From Puccinia triticina (lineage: Eukaryota): a DNA stretch of 64,000 nt. A program made the translations under genes and the position numbers. The notes beneath the pieces are model-generated. The model ran no database searches, had not been told where the DNA came from, and saw only the letters and a program-made list of their open reading frames with translations. The DNA lies in NCBI GenBank assembly GCA_026914245.1, contig CP110439.1, forward strand, positions 5,580,001 to 5,644,000. Reading direction: 5' to 3'. Shown piece by piece: positions 12,090 to 25,618 of this stretch (the first letter of the stretch is position 1; each line of letters opens with the position of its first letter).

Positions 12090-13465
12090 ATGGCCGAGCA
12101 GACTAGTGCAGCGAACGGCATCGTGCCGACGATCTTGGATCCCGCGACGTGCGCCAAGAAAGGACTCTGCACGGTGGCCCAAGGCCGGGCAGTCGAGACC
12201 CACCAACTCTACTTCGAGCTCCATGGGGCCCTCGATGGCGCCCAGAAACTGCTCTTCGGTTCGTCCATTCTCCTCTGGAAAACCACTCCACCAGCGCCGC
12301 TCTGTTTCTGACACGCCCTGTTGACTGCCTTCTCCTCAGTCATGGGTAAGCCCTCATGAAGCAAATTCGAAATTGCTCAGAGGATTCACCCATCCAAGTT
12401 TGTAGGTCTCAATAATTCATGTTCTGGCTGGGTGAATCAAGTGAAGCATTTCTCGCGCAAGCCCGACCATTCCGTGCTAGTCTTTGACAACCGGGGCGTG
12501 GGGAACAGCGAGTGAGTTTCCGCAGCCGTCTGGGTCTGACTGTCCACAAAAAAAAAAGAGAGGAAGATTGGGCTGATTATCTGTCGGGTGTCTGCAGTGC
12601 GGGTCCGCTTGGGATCTACAAGACCTCAGAGATGGCCAAGGACACAGTCGACTTGATGGAGTATCTGGGATGGACCGCCGACCGCTCGGTGCATCTGTTT
12701 GGGGTCTCCATGGGCGGGATGATCTCTCAAGAACTGGTGCACCTCTATCCCTCACCGTCCAGCAGTCTCCTTCCCCGCCCATGCTCATCTTGGTGGGATA
12801 CCCTCTCTTCGCTAGTGCTTGTTGGTCCCCAAACGCTTCAAGTCCGTCAGCTTCATCAGCACCAAGGCTGGCAACAAGTTCGACCTTCCTCCTGTAAGAA
12901 ACTTTTATTTTCCATTTACTATAGGGGGAAGCTTGAAAGCGAGTCGCTCACTGTCGGAACTTCTTCCTTGTTTTGATAAACGCAAAAGCTGAGCGGACTG
13001 TACAAGCTGACCCGATTATTGTCGCGGACGGTGACGGAAGAGCAGAGCATCGAGATGCTGATGACCATGTTATTCCCAGCGGAGTTCCTAGCCCAGCCGA
13101 CGGAGGGAGGGGGCACGAAGCGAGAAGAGATATACGAGTCGCTCTTGCAGCGTATACGGAGGACGCGAAAGCAGCCGGCGGCGGGCGTGGCCGGCCAGCT
13201 GAGTGCCGCGCTAAGCCACTCCTGCCCCGCCGCCTCGCTGGCCCGCATCGCCCGCGACCTCGCCCCCGCCAAGATCCTCGTCCTCGTCGGCGACCAGGAC
13301 CAGCTCATCGAGCCTGCCAGGAGCATCGAGCTCCACAAAGACCTCCCGGGCTCCGAGTACCTCCTCATCCCGGGCGCCGGCCATGCGATCTGCTCCCAGC
13401 TTCCTGAGCAGTCTAACGCCATCCTCGAACGCGTCATCGACGAAGGCAATCGGGCCTTCTCCTAA
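12090..13465 (+). CDS. Alpha/beta-fold hydrolase (multi-exon)
   Basis: [24 protein letters not shown], nucleophile elbow GVSMGG, GDQDQLI and catalytic His in PGAGHAI. Confidence 0.88.
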
Positions 13466-14100
13466 CCGCCATCCCCTATCTCAAAGCGTCCGCTGTGTAT
13501 CTTATGGTGTATAAACAATCGGACTTCCCTTTTTTTGTTCACAATCGTATTACAATGTCTCATCAAGCATTTTAAATTTCTCGCTCATCGCTGTAGGAGT
13601 GTCAACCCTGTGTGTCTAGTAGACAGTGTAGGAACAATCCCAGAAAACATGTGTATCTCTTGTTGAACTCATAGGCTGCAAGCACTTGTTTGTTGGCCCA
13701 TTCTCTGAGTCCTGCGCCGGAGAAGGATTTCCGGTGCGATGATGATCCATCCAAAAGTGTACCCCCCAAGCCAATCGAGAAAATGAACCCCAACCAAAAC
13801 TACAACAAGGAGAAACAAGCTCACTCCTCCCACACACACACGCAACCCCCTCCCCTATCACACATGAGGAGACTTGAATCGAAGGTTCAGGGATGGATGC
13901 GCCGCACAGAGATAAATGAATCCTGATAATTCACAATGGATTAGTTGCTCAATGAACTATGGGCATATTTCGGTACAACAAGATATTGCGTCTAGAACAA
14001 TGTAAAACGAGACAAGTGATCTAGGTAGAGAATGAACTTATGTACGTAACTCATACATGCAAATATATATATTTTTTGTGGAAAGCGATATTTCTAGAGA

Positions 14101-16143
14101 TCAAATGTCTACCGGATGGCCAGCAAGAATGCAGACCAATCCGGCGAGAGAAGCGATGCCCCCGGTGAGGAAGAAGGGGGCCCGCGGGGACCAGTCCGAA
14201 AGGATGCCGCCGAAAGATCCGAGCAAGATTCCGAGCCCGCCGGCCAACGAGTACACGCCGGCGATGGCGCCACTGATGTCCTGCAACGGTGGTGGGCGAT
14301 CCGATGGGAGAGGATGCGGGATGAGCGGGGTGGATTCGGACTGGCGGGCGATGGCGGACTCGGAATGGAAGATCTGCCATCGACAGCTGGCACACAGGCT
14401 CAGAGACACCACGATCCCCGTGATCTGCGACAGGCCGAGCAAGATACAGGTCGGCCAGACTAGGAAATAATTCGGCCGTGGAAGCAGGCCGAATGCGAGG
14501 AAGCCCAGGGCACTCAGGATATTCGAGACGGCCAGGATTCTGGGCTGCGGGTAGACCGATGCCATCCATCCCACCACGGGAGAAAGTAGAAGGGCCGACA
14601 GCTGGTGCGGGCAACCAAAGTGGACTATCATTAGTAGGGCTTATTTGTGATAAGAACACCAGAGCAAGCATCAACCAACCTGAACAGTTCCTGTGAGCGC
14701 ACTGGCCAATGCAAACGCAGCATGACAGCCTTTTTTCACTTCGTCAGCTGGCGCGTCTGGTCTATCGAGTTGGCATTGTCCTGTTGATATGTAGTATTGA
14801 TTTACAAACACCGGGATGTATCCGGTGACGCCAATAGTCGTTGCCCGTGCCTGGAAGAGAGCAAGGATTGGTCTTAATAATGATGATTAGGAGCAAAACC
14901 GACAAGCGGGCTTACTGCAAACCCAGCAGCGTAAGCTACGATCAAATGGCGATGTTGCTTAATCAATTTGAACCCCAAGGTGAGCGCTTGGATAGATGTT
15001 TTCCAATGAGTTGACGGGTTCGACGAAGGAATCTTTATCGGCCACACATTTTCTCCTCGTCGACAGAGACCGAAGACCATCAAGATGCTAGTGAGAAAGG
15101 CGATGGTGGATGCAACATAGAATGACGCTCTGACGCCCGATTCGAGAGCTTCGCGGACAGGAGAGTGGCTCCAGCTGGCGAAATACGAGGGCAATCGGAG
15201 GAGAAAAAACACTGCAATTGTTCCGGACGGCCAAAAAAAAAAGGTTAAGCGGGAGTAAGAAGGGATGAATGAGGACTTGACGGACCTCCGAACAAAGCGC
15301 CCAAGCCGCTGGTGAAGCCTATCAATCCCGACAGACGGGATGAACGCTGACTGACGATTAACGAGCGTTTCTTGATCCTGGATATCAGATTTCCCCGCTC
15401 ATCGGCGCTGTTTGCAGATTCCTCGCAAGCCGCAGGGATCGGGGGCGGCAGACGGGCGGCTGTCATCGAGGCCAGAATCGTGCTGAGCATCGTCGTCAGT
15501 GCCGCAAACCCGATCTACAGAGCCTACACATCGATGAGAAAGATTCAAGACCCCTCAAAGGACTCGAATCGCGTTCATTTGCTTCGACTGACCGAGAGAA
15601 TGACGCGGCATAGAAACAATTGGTATTCGAATCGTGACTGGATGTATATTGATAAAGATATTGCTGCACCAGGAAAAATCAATATTCGTGAATGCATCTA
15701 TGAAAGACTGGCGTTGGGGAGCGGGACCCGAAGTCTGCATACCGACGGCCAGATGTCCGATCACAGTGACTGTGCGATAACCATAAATATCAGCCAATCG
15801 CCCCCAAACGAGAACTGCAGGAAGCGCGACAAGCTCGTCCAACAAGATGAGCGCGCTTTCAAATCATCAGACCGGAGTCAGCAAGAGAACCGAGGGGGGT
15901 ATTGTGATTAGAAGAAGAAGTATAGGGTACCAACCCATTGGTTCGGCCGATCCGGTCGGCGGGTAAATGGATGACCGCGGTCAAGACGAAGCTCGTCGAG
16001 GCGCTGATGAAGACCAGGGAGGAGACCGAGACAAACGAGGAGGCGAGGTAGGCGAGCACGTTGAGCGGCTTGACATCCTGGGCCAGGCCTAAGCTTCGGA
16101 ACAGCTTCGAGTCTTCCCGGCGGGTTCCGGGTGAGGGCGTCAT
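14101..16143 (-). CDS. Major facilitator superfamily transporter (multi-exon)
   Basis: Multiple TM segments across ORFs 15859-16203, 15555-15845, 15245-15490, 14874-15212 and 14101-14631. MFS motif A-like WGRLADIYGYR and GGILSDWSPRAPFF. Confidence 0.8.
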
Positions 16144-17041
16144 TGCTGGCGATCTTGTTGGTTGGTGGCCGGCCAGATCCCCGGGATCCTCCGCTGGGCG
16201 CATGAAGCCCGGCTACGTCATTGCATAGCACCACTCCCACCGGATAGCTGCCGGATATACCATGAACTCTCCGGTTCACATCGCAACACAGAATCAAGAT
16301 TCAAAACTATGTCTTCTCAAAAGGGGCTGTCATTCACCAGAGAATATAAATCTTCCGAAGAAATCACCGAATCTCCTTTTGTAAACCTTCTTCCCAAATA
16401 ATCCATGAGCGAAATAAAAACCAATAGGAAAACAACTCTGATCAAGTTGATGAGTCTTCATGAGTATAGGCCAAAGGATCCCATTAGAGAGGAAAATATG
16501 TTACAACAATCTTTTCAGGTCAGCAAAGCACACTTGAATGCCCCCGGACGGCATGCTCCGCTTCATTTGAATCCCTTGTTCACAGAGGGGACAAAAGTGT
16601 GCCCGCAAACACGGCTATATGTTTTCTCATGGGGTTGATGTGCCTCAATTTGGAGAGGGATTTATATCGAAAAGAGGGCTGGCCTATGGGCTAAATGACA
16701 AGGCGGAAAATGGTCGCTGTGAAGCTGGGAGAAAGCTCAATGTTCAACCACTCAATATTGAGAAGGACGACTGCATGGCACAGGTCATTCAGCGCTGTTC
16801 GGTGGACACTCTCTAATCTCGACAGTGATTGTGAGATACAGTTGGTGAAACGGTGTTTCTGACGAGTGAAAGTGTGCAGCATAAAATTGTCCAGGATATA
16901 TGCAGGGAAAGAAAGACTATACAAATGCGAAACTGGAAAGAGTGATAAAACTTTCGCCTAGTTACATGGTAGGGTACATAGTGCGAAGCTCAACGGATCA
17001 GGAAAGAGACCGGGCAGGTGAAGGGAAATAGAAGAAAGTCT

Positions 17042-18890
17042 CTATTTCTTCTGGAAGGCCGACTGTTGGAAGGCTGGGGCGAGCGAGGGCATGATGGGTT
17101 GCATGACCTGGCCGAAGTTCTGGGGAAAGATGCTGGTAGAGCTGAACGCCGAAGAGGTGGAGGTTCTCTGATAGAGCTGCTGGAGCGACGAGCTAAGAGT
17201 CGTCAAGGCTGTAAAATAGCAAACGGATCAGTATGGAGTTTGAACTTCTAACAGATGGTGGTAAGACGACATGGTACTTACGGGAAGCGATTTGGATGAA
17301 GGTGTTCCCACCGAAGGTGGATTGCAACGAGCTGACAAAGTTGGTGAACTGACTGATGGTGCTCGATGCAATGCTGCCGAATTGGCCAGGGTCCTGGATC
17401 AAGAGGAAAAAGGATAAACACGCAGCCCTCAGAAAGAAGAGATGCTTCGTTGGACAGCTGCTCACTTTGAAGCAAGTGCCACAGTCGTTGGCTTGGCTCA
17501 AGGCGGCCTGGAAGGACTGGGCGAGTTGCTGGCATCGCTGGAAGGCGACGTCCCGAGTGAGTTGCCCGGCGGCAAGTTGGGATTGGAAGCCGCCGATGAG
17601 CCCGTTGAGGCTTTGGAAGCTGGAGCTGACCGAAGAGACGCTGGAGCTTTGCTGGGTGGATGAGAAGCTGCTACCGCCGGCCGCGAACCCACCAATACCT
17701 CCAGCTTGGAAGCTGTTGCTGTCCGATTGTTGGTTGAAGCTGTTGGCGCTGAACTGCTGGACGAGCGAGGGCATGATTCCTTGGAAGACAGGGCCAAAGT
17801 TCTGGGGGATAAGGCTGCTGGTGCTGATCGCTGAGGAGGCGGAGGTTCGCTGAAAGAACTGCTGGAAGGACGAGGTGAGACCCACCAAGGCTGCGCGCGC
17901 AAACAGGAGGGTCAGTGTGGAGTTCATTTGGCAGGTAGACTGGTGAGTGCTCACGAGAAGCGATTTGGCTGAAGGCGTTTCCACCAAAGCTGGTTTGTAG
18001 CGAGCTCACGAAGTTGGTGAACTGGCTCAAGGTGCTGGAGGCGATGCTGCCGAATTGGCCAGGGTCCTGGATCAAGAGGAAAAAGGATAAACACGCAGCC
18101 CTCAGAAAAAAGAGATGCTTCGTTGGACAGCTGCTTACGCTGAAGCAATTACCACAGTTGTTGGCTTGGCTTAAGACGGCCTGGAAGGACTGGGCGAGTT
18201 GCTGGCATCGCTGGAAGGCGACGTCCCGAGTGAGTTGCCCGGCGGCAAGCTGGGATTGGAAGCCACCGATGAGCCCGTTGAGGCTTTGGAAGCTGGAGCT
18301 GACCGACGAGACGCTCGAGCTCTGCTGGCTGGATGAGAAGCTGCTGCCGCCGGCCCCGAACCCACCAATACCTCCAGCTTGGAAGCTGTTGGCATTGGCG
18401 CTGTTGGCGCTCAAGGCATTGTAGCCACCGCCTTGCAAGTTGCCGAAACCGGCGCCACCACCGAAAACAGGATCAACACCACCGGCGAAAGCGAGGCCAT
18501 TTCCGAGACCGCTGTTGTAAGCGGAGCCCGAGTTGTGGCTGTTGGCGGAATTGATTGTGTCAGAGCTGCTCATGCTGCTGCCCCATGGGGTAGAGGACGC
18601 TTGCGAGGCACGGGTCCGATCAGCACTGGCCGCGTCTTGGGAGTATTGGGCGAAGCCACGAGGAGCGTGACTGTCGCGGAGCAAGCAAGCGTCAGTAAAA
18701 GTCAAGCAGCTCGGCACTGGTCCACAGGCACCACTCACCTGGCGGGGGTAGCAAAGGCAGCTGCAGCAGACAGAAGAAGAACAGCACAGGGCGTTAGCTT
18801 TAGAGGCAGCGAAAGGCTTCAGGAAAAAGCTGGCAAGCTTGGGGACGTACAGGCAGCTAAAAGGCAAGCAACGTAAACAGTGGACAACAT
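17042..18890 (-). CDS. Secreted Ser/Gln/Gly-rich protein with an internal 673-bp tandem duplication
   Basis: Spliced signal peptide MLSTVYVACLLAASAFATPA. Two copies of a unit SFQAGGIGGF...RCQQLAQSFQA.LSQAN.CG.CF...QNFG.V.Q.IMPSL; stop TAG at 17044-17042. Confidence 0.8.
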
Positions 18891-19418
18891 GGCGGCGGGT
18901 CTGAGTGTTTTTTCTGGTTGAAAGGAAAGACTGTTGGAGGGAAAGTATTCAGGTGTGGTAGGTGCTATATACAAAGTGGTGGATGGTGAAGGGTGGGGCA
19001 ACTCTGCAGCAGCGAAAGGCAGCTGTTTTTATAGACCTTTCTGGCGGTCCAAGGAGTCACTCTCTGGACTCCGGTTGGCGGCGCTTCGCCATCCATGAAG
19101 CTGCTCTCGGGGGACCGCAGGGAGCGACCAAAGATTTGCGGTTCCTCCTGGTTTAGGCACGCAGCAATTGACGAGCCCTCATCATGGTTGGCAATGCTGA
19201 TCCGACAGGCCGTCCGACCCTACAGCCGCAAAGGACCACGGAATGAGAACAACGAACCAGTTTCCGCGAAGTTTTGCTCCCGCTCATAGCCCTGTTGGGA
19301 GATGAGTGCCCCCTGCCCACCTGACGGAGGGAAGCCACAGTTCGATGGTCCGATGGTGTAGTCCCTGGAAGACGGGAAAGCTTTTCGCTTTTCCATCTCC
19401 CTCCTCGTCTCAGGAGGA

Positions 19419-21100
19419 CTAGGGGAAAACGCGGCGCAAACGCCGCGCGATCAGTGATAGGAAAAGGGGTAAGGGTATGGATGAGAGCAACTGGGGTCAA
19501 TTTGGCTCCAGGATGATCCTTGGGCCCCCGAAGAAATAAATTATATAACATAGCATTGAAGGCCCATATTGTATATACATGTGCAAAGAATCCTGATCTC
19601 TGGTTCACTCAATCTTGTGCTGGTGAGTTGTGCACCTCCTGATCACGTCAAGGTTAAAAACATTGGTTTTTGAATTGGTCTGTGTTGGCTGTGTGACAAT
19701 CCCTATTGAGAGAGTGGTGATGGATGTTACCTGGGAGAGGGCAACATACAGTTGGCCATGGCTGAAAACAGAGTATGGGAGGTACACCATGACCTTTGCG
19801 CAAGTGATTGGCCCTGGGACTTGTTGATTGTGAGCAGAAATGCTATTGCAACCAGGAATTGGAACCAACTGAACAATACACCATTAGAGGCATTAGCTTT
19901 GTGGATAAGTTTGATCTTGGGGATGGTGCACATAGAGCTGACATGCAATCTGGTAAGTATGCTGCACTTGAACCCACCGGGGGCAATCTCATCTATCAAT
20001 AGTCTGGTCCCGCTCCCAGGTCAAGGTTGTGGAGCAGGATTATGAGTATGGCAAACTTGATTTGGAGGGTTGATTCTGGCAGGCCGGGGATCAAGAACAT
20101 ACACCAGGAAAAATTAATGATCACTTGTCTGCAGGTGACACAGCAAAGTGCAAAGGGGCCTTTTTACTATTTCATGTCACTTGTAGGCAAGTGATCATTG
20201 TTTTTTCCTGGTGATGTAGGAGACTTCTTCTGTCACTGCTTCCTCTTCATTGATCCCATTCATATTGGTGGCCATGGCGTCAATTGCGAGGAATTCAACA
20301 AATCTCCCGGGCAGGCACCGGGAACAAACATCATTGATGGTTGAGCAACACCAAAATCACACGTGAGCCATAGTATTTGATGTTGTTGGCTCAATCTCAG
20401 GAGTGCAGAGGTGAACTGGGGTACACGGTGGTTATAAAATGATTGGGAACAGCTGTCTCAGTCAGGCTTGCATATACGTCTCCAAAGGGTTTGGCACATT
20501 TTTTGGAATAGGTCCGCACACTCCGCTTACCAGAGATCTTCTTCATGCATAGTGCTTTCAATAAGTCCCCCTCCCCAGCAGCGGGGGTATGGAGTCCAAC
20601 ACCGGCAAGAGCTTTTCCACTCTTCTGAGGCTTCCTTGCCATTAGGTAGTAGCAGAGCAAGATGTGAAGTTGATCTGAGGGGTTTTCAACCCGGTAGACC
20701 ATTTGGAGTTGGTGCGGCAGGTCATCCAAGAGCTCAACAGCAATGTGGTTGAAAAATTCTTGAGGGTTTGAGAGTGGGCTGTGGATAAGTAGGATGCAGA
20801 AAAAATGATGTAGGGCTTTGCCTGTCTGCCAGCCTGCGGTTTTGTGCCAGCATTGGCAGCAATGCAAGTCTGAGGACCTCTGCTGTTTTCCAGTAAGTGT
20901 CATAGGTCCCTCCGTTGATTGTGTCCATGTCTTTGAAGCTAGTGATACCTTGTCAGTGTAACAGTAGCAGACAAAGGTAATATTTCTGGCCTTTATTGAC
21001 AGTGGGAAAATATACCGGGCCCATCCTTTTTGTGTCTTTTCCTTGCTTCAAACCTGTTGATACCTTTGACGCGGAATGTTGCAGGACCTTGTGATGGATT
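19419..21100 (-). mobile_element. Degenerate Helitron (PIF1-helicase region) with intact 3' terminus
   Basis: Decayed motifs TINKSQGQSL, VFSHGQLYVALS and KYYLCLLLLH. The 3' end on the minus strand is hairpin CGCGGCG-TTTG-CGCCGCG (19447-19430), then CTAG (19422-19419), then T. The 5' end was not identified. Confidence 0.88.
20102..20213. mobile_element. 112-bp MITE (CACCAGGAAAAA...AATGATCACTTG TIRs) inserted in the Helitron
   Basis: About 26-bp TIRs; a second, inverted copy lies at 40176-40283. Confidence 0.85.
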
Positions 21101-22143
21101 TGCCTGCTTGCCCGGAAGGCTTCCTCTTGGGCATAAAAATTACACCTGCTTTCCAAGGTCTGGGAATCATCTTGGGCAAGCGGTTACATGTACATATTAC
21201 TTGGGGATTGTTCCGCTGGGCACAATTCCAAGGAAGATTCCTCCAAGCAGTTAAAAATGGTAACTGCTTTCCGGGGGGGCTTTCCAAACAGGTACACCTT
21301 TGTACTTGGCGGGATGGATTTTCTTCCATTCCCCCAATGACTTGTACCTGCTTGTTGAGGAAGATTTCTTAGCAAGCAGGTGCAAGGTCCTTGGACAGGA
21401 GGAATCCTCCCGGGCGAGTGGGGATCCGCTTGCCAGGGATGATTCCAACAAAGATTCCTCCCCAGCAAGCAGTGAAAAGACCTGCTTGCCGGAGCAGCCT
21501 CCTCCTTGGCAATGTTCTCGCCGTTGAGGACACCTTTCCAGAGAGCAGCTACCCAGCACCTGCTTGCCAAGCAGGATTTTATCTGCTAAGCTGCGTTGTA
21601 TGCACCGGCACGCCGGTGAAGAATCATGCTCGGTCGCTTGGCTCTGAGGGCTGGTGTCTATAATGTATGGGCTCATCCCGGCTCTCTGGCCAGGGACAGT
21701 TGAAACTACGTGGTGTCAGACGCTTCGTGAATGATATTCCGCATAAGGTGGTGCATGTGTTTCCTTTGGGGAAAAGCGCCGGGCTGGGATCGGCAGCCCG
21801 TGACTAAGTGCGAGCAAATGAGCGGACTCGCGGTCACTACCCAGATTGGAAGTCTTGGGGCTGATCGTGGCATGACTTCATCGGAGATGACCCCATGTTA
21901 CAATTCTGTGGGAGGACCGGGATACAGTAGCTGCGAGGACTTTCTGATTAGCTTAAATAGGGCTCTTCTTTTCACCACAAAATGCCCCTAGTCTGCTAAG
22001 GCTGCAGCGCATCAGCGTAAGCCTTCCTAGCCATCAAAATTTGTTTGTGCGCATTGGTGTCTGAACCCAGAGCATCAGCTCAGCCCCAAACTTCTTCGAG
22101 CACCAGCCCTCGAGGGGCCGAGCATCAGCTCTACCCCGCCCCG

Positions 22144-22250
22144 CGGCTTCGCCGCAAAATTGCTGCTCCAACGGAGTGGGCGGCTTCGCCGCAAAATTCC
22201 TGCTCCTACTGAGTGGGCGGCTCCGCCGCCAAACGCGGCTTCGCCGCGAC
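22144..22250. repeat. 37-bp tandem repeat containing a CGGC-TTC-GCCG mini-hairpin
   Basis: cggcttcgccgcaaaatt... units at 22144, 22181 and a degenerate one at 22218. Confidence 0.75.
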
Positions 22251-23167
22251 CCAACTTGCGGCCCCAAGGGGCCAGGTTCTTGAAGAAACAGCAAGAGTAA
22301 ATGCCAAAACCGAAGAATTCATCCTCCGTACTTGGTCCAGAGCTGAGCAAGGCCTTCCCTATGATTCGATCTTAATCCCAGGCAATCGTCTACGCTTTCA
22401 ACGGTGCCCTGGCCGTGTTTGTATTAAAGGGGTTCACTTTGCGCCAACATGCTTGCTAATTTTGACTAGGATCGGTCACTCATGCACACTTTCAGCAAAG
22501 GTTATTCGTGCCAGTGTTGCTGAAGCCGTGGAGGGGGGCTGCCCACCAAGCATCAACACTTTCTGTTACTGAGAATAGCTGCCAAGGTCAATTTTAATAA
22601 GGCTTGGCTACTGCTTTTGCCAACAGCACTACGTCAACCCCCCTACACATCAAAACCCCAGTGTGACATCAACAGGGGCAACCTTGATCTGTTGGAAGCT
22701 TTCGGCTGCGGGTACGGGTGCGAGGTGCCAACTTCAACCAAGTTCCGTGAGGGGAAGCAAGGGCGAATGAGCGAGGTCCACTGCCTCGAGAATTCCGTTG
22801 TGACTGTAAAAGCAACGAGTTTTAATACAAACTCAGCTCAAACCGGTTACCATCCGCACCGAGCTGTAACACTGGGCTAGATGCTTACAAGGGGAAAGGG
22901 AACAGTTTCTATGCATGTCCGTTGTTGCTAGTTGGCAACCGTCTTCGGTGGCAGCGGTTTCTTAAAACAAGTTCCAAGAAGTCAAGTTCCTCCCTGCCTT
23001 GTTTTAACAGTTGTCCACCCTTTCAGAGACCTCTTGATCCAACCATCCGCCTTAACCCCAATCTTCATTACGTATAGACACCCATATCTACCGGATTATA
23101 ACTAGTTTCTGTTGGAGCTGTTTTTTTTTTTTTTTTTTCCTTTTTGTGAAGCAGTGCCGTTCTTAAC

Positions 23168-24222
23168 ATGGCGCAAATTGAAGACGCCGGGCCGGAGCTG
23201 ATACAGTCAATGAAGCCGGAGACACCCGTACACATGATGCGGCCGATGGACTCGCCGGGCCCTCCGACAATCAAGCCGATCTGTCGCTGGACGGAGCAGG
23301 ACGACCTGACTTTGATCGCCGTGCTCAAGGCTGAACTGCAGAGAAATCCGACGCCTGCTAATGGTTTCAGGGGCTCCACTTGGCCCACTGCCGCTCAGGC
23401 ACTTGCCGGCTCCGAGGTGAAAACGGGCTCGAAAGCTAAAGACCCGACCGGCTGTCGCAGTCGTTACTCTTCAGTAGGTCTCTCTGCTTCTTCCCATCCG
23501 CCATCTTGTCAACTGACATCAGCATTCTCTATTTCTCCTAAACAAAGCTTAAACGCAGTTACCTTGAGCTCAAGCATCTTCGTAGTATGGCCGAAGCCCG
23601 ATGGGACGAGCACGTCAAACGGGTCATCCTCCCGGAAGAGATATGGGCGAGCTTCCTGGCCAACTCGAGTGAGAAGGGGAAGAGCCTGTACCGATGGCGT
23701 CAGAAGCGGTTTCCGTTATACAACCAGGTCAGCGATCTGATTGATGGACATCTGCCGGTGGCCGACGGACCCAAGCAGGCTGGAGACGCCGTGCGCTCGG
23801 CCTCGAGAGGCTCAAGCACGGACCAAGAAAGCCCGCCGAACGACTCCTATGACCCGCTTCTCTGGCAGGCGGAGAGGCCCGAGATAGAAGAGGAGGAGGA
23901 AGAGGATGAGATCCAGGAGCACCCCCAGCTCGCCCGACCGATTCTCTCCGCCCCGCCCTCTGCCAAGCGCCGTCGGATAACCCACGAGGACATGTTCCTC
24001 AAGCATCTCAAAGAAATCGGCGACAATCTCAAGAGCAGACCCAGTCTAAGGGTTGAGGCTATCAGGTTGCTCCAGCTCGACGGCCAGCTGTCCGAACCTG
24101 AGCTCCTCAAGGCGATCGATTACTTGGGTCCACTCGAACATGCCGAAACTTACATTGCTCTCGAGCCTCGACTTCGGACCACTTGGATCAGGACTAAATT
24201 AGGAGATGTCCGACCCCTCTAG
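23168..24222 (+). CDS. Myb/SANT-like DNA-binding domain protein (Harbinger ORF1-like)
   Basis: Exons 23168-23473 and 23548-24222 give 326 aa. RWTEQDDLTLIAVL...NGFRGSTW...CRSRYSSLK...WDE...W...KRFPLYNQVSDLI, a basic NLS-like AKRRR, and a C-terminal helical segment ending RTTWIRTKL. Confidence 0.82.
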
Positions 24223-25618
24223 GACCTTCAATAAACATCCTTCCCGTCAATTTCTGTTTGTTCCAGTTCAGTTTTTCCCCTTTTGTTAGTGCTCTCGTTG
24301 TCTCACCTAGCACAAAACCAAGAATGGTTGTGCTCAGGTTTTCTTTAAATCTGTCCAAAGTCGAGATGAAACATGGACAGTTTGCTTTGTTTGTTTTTTG
24401 GTGCAAATAAAGACGGATAACAATCAATAGACAGTTTTGTTTTGTTTTCCAGATATAAAAAATGTAGATTCAGTTGCAGCACAGATTTGTTTTTTCTTCT
24501 CCCTTTTTCTCCCGCAGTTTTTCTCTATACCCTCACCCTAATAATCTTACTCATAGCTCACCCCACACAAAATGTATTGTCTACGCATGTCTCTATGGTC
24601 GTTCTTCTGCATAAACTTCACCCCGCAATCAACAACAAAATGTCAATCTAGAAAACTCAATAGCTGACCCAGACCCTTTTTTTTTGGCAATGCTAACAAA
24701 GAGAGCTGAATATCCAGCTATTTCTGGCCATCAGATCAACACACATACTGCGGTTTAGTCACCTGCTGAATGCCAGCTTTGTTTGTACAGTGAAATGGGA
24801 TTTTTGATAAATATGTAAATGCGGACCAATCACTCAACTGCTCCACTTTCCAGCCCTCTCAAAGCTGTTTGGCATTAAGTGGAGGACTTCCTGTTGATCT
24901 GGAAGTTCTCCCAGATCTGCAGTTCTAGAATCCCGAGTTCTGGTGCGGCTGCCCCATGGACCCCCCAGAAATATATATTTACGGCCTAGGTCTGGATTTG
25001 GAAGGGGTTTACTGATGGACGCCATCGGAAGTGCTCTAAGCTCCAAAGCTTCGTGTCTCGCAGGCATATCCGAACCCAATCATGTGAGGATAAGCGCATG
25101 TAGTCTTCAGGCACAAGATTTAATGAAGATAAAGATAAACACGGCTGGTCATTGGCCAATGGTTGTCCATTGCTATCAGGCTCTCTATGGGCGCTGCCGA
25201 AAGTAGCAAATCAGGGCCATCTGTCTATCAACTCAGCTGTTTGTTACTCGGGAAAATCAGAGAAGCAGACACAGCATCATTAAGCGATAGGACACATGAT
25301 CTGGCAGATAAGCTACAATGCCCATGCATTGATTAACTTGAGGATTCGAATACTTTTTGCGGAAAGTCGACAGGGAGCCAAGGGGGGTCTTTTCCGAGCC
25401 AAAGGGGGTCCAAAAGGTGTCTGGCTCAGCCGTTGCCAAGGCAACCACTCTCTTCTTCAACCACCAACTCACACTTCAAGACTCGAACCTCCCTGACAGA
25501 GGGAGACAAGAACGCCCATCAACCCGAGTTCATACCAAAAAAAACCAAGTCAAGCTCACTTTCAACCGGGAAATATCATCAAGAAAGAACAAACGTGTCA
25601 ATCAACCTATACTCAGCC

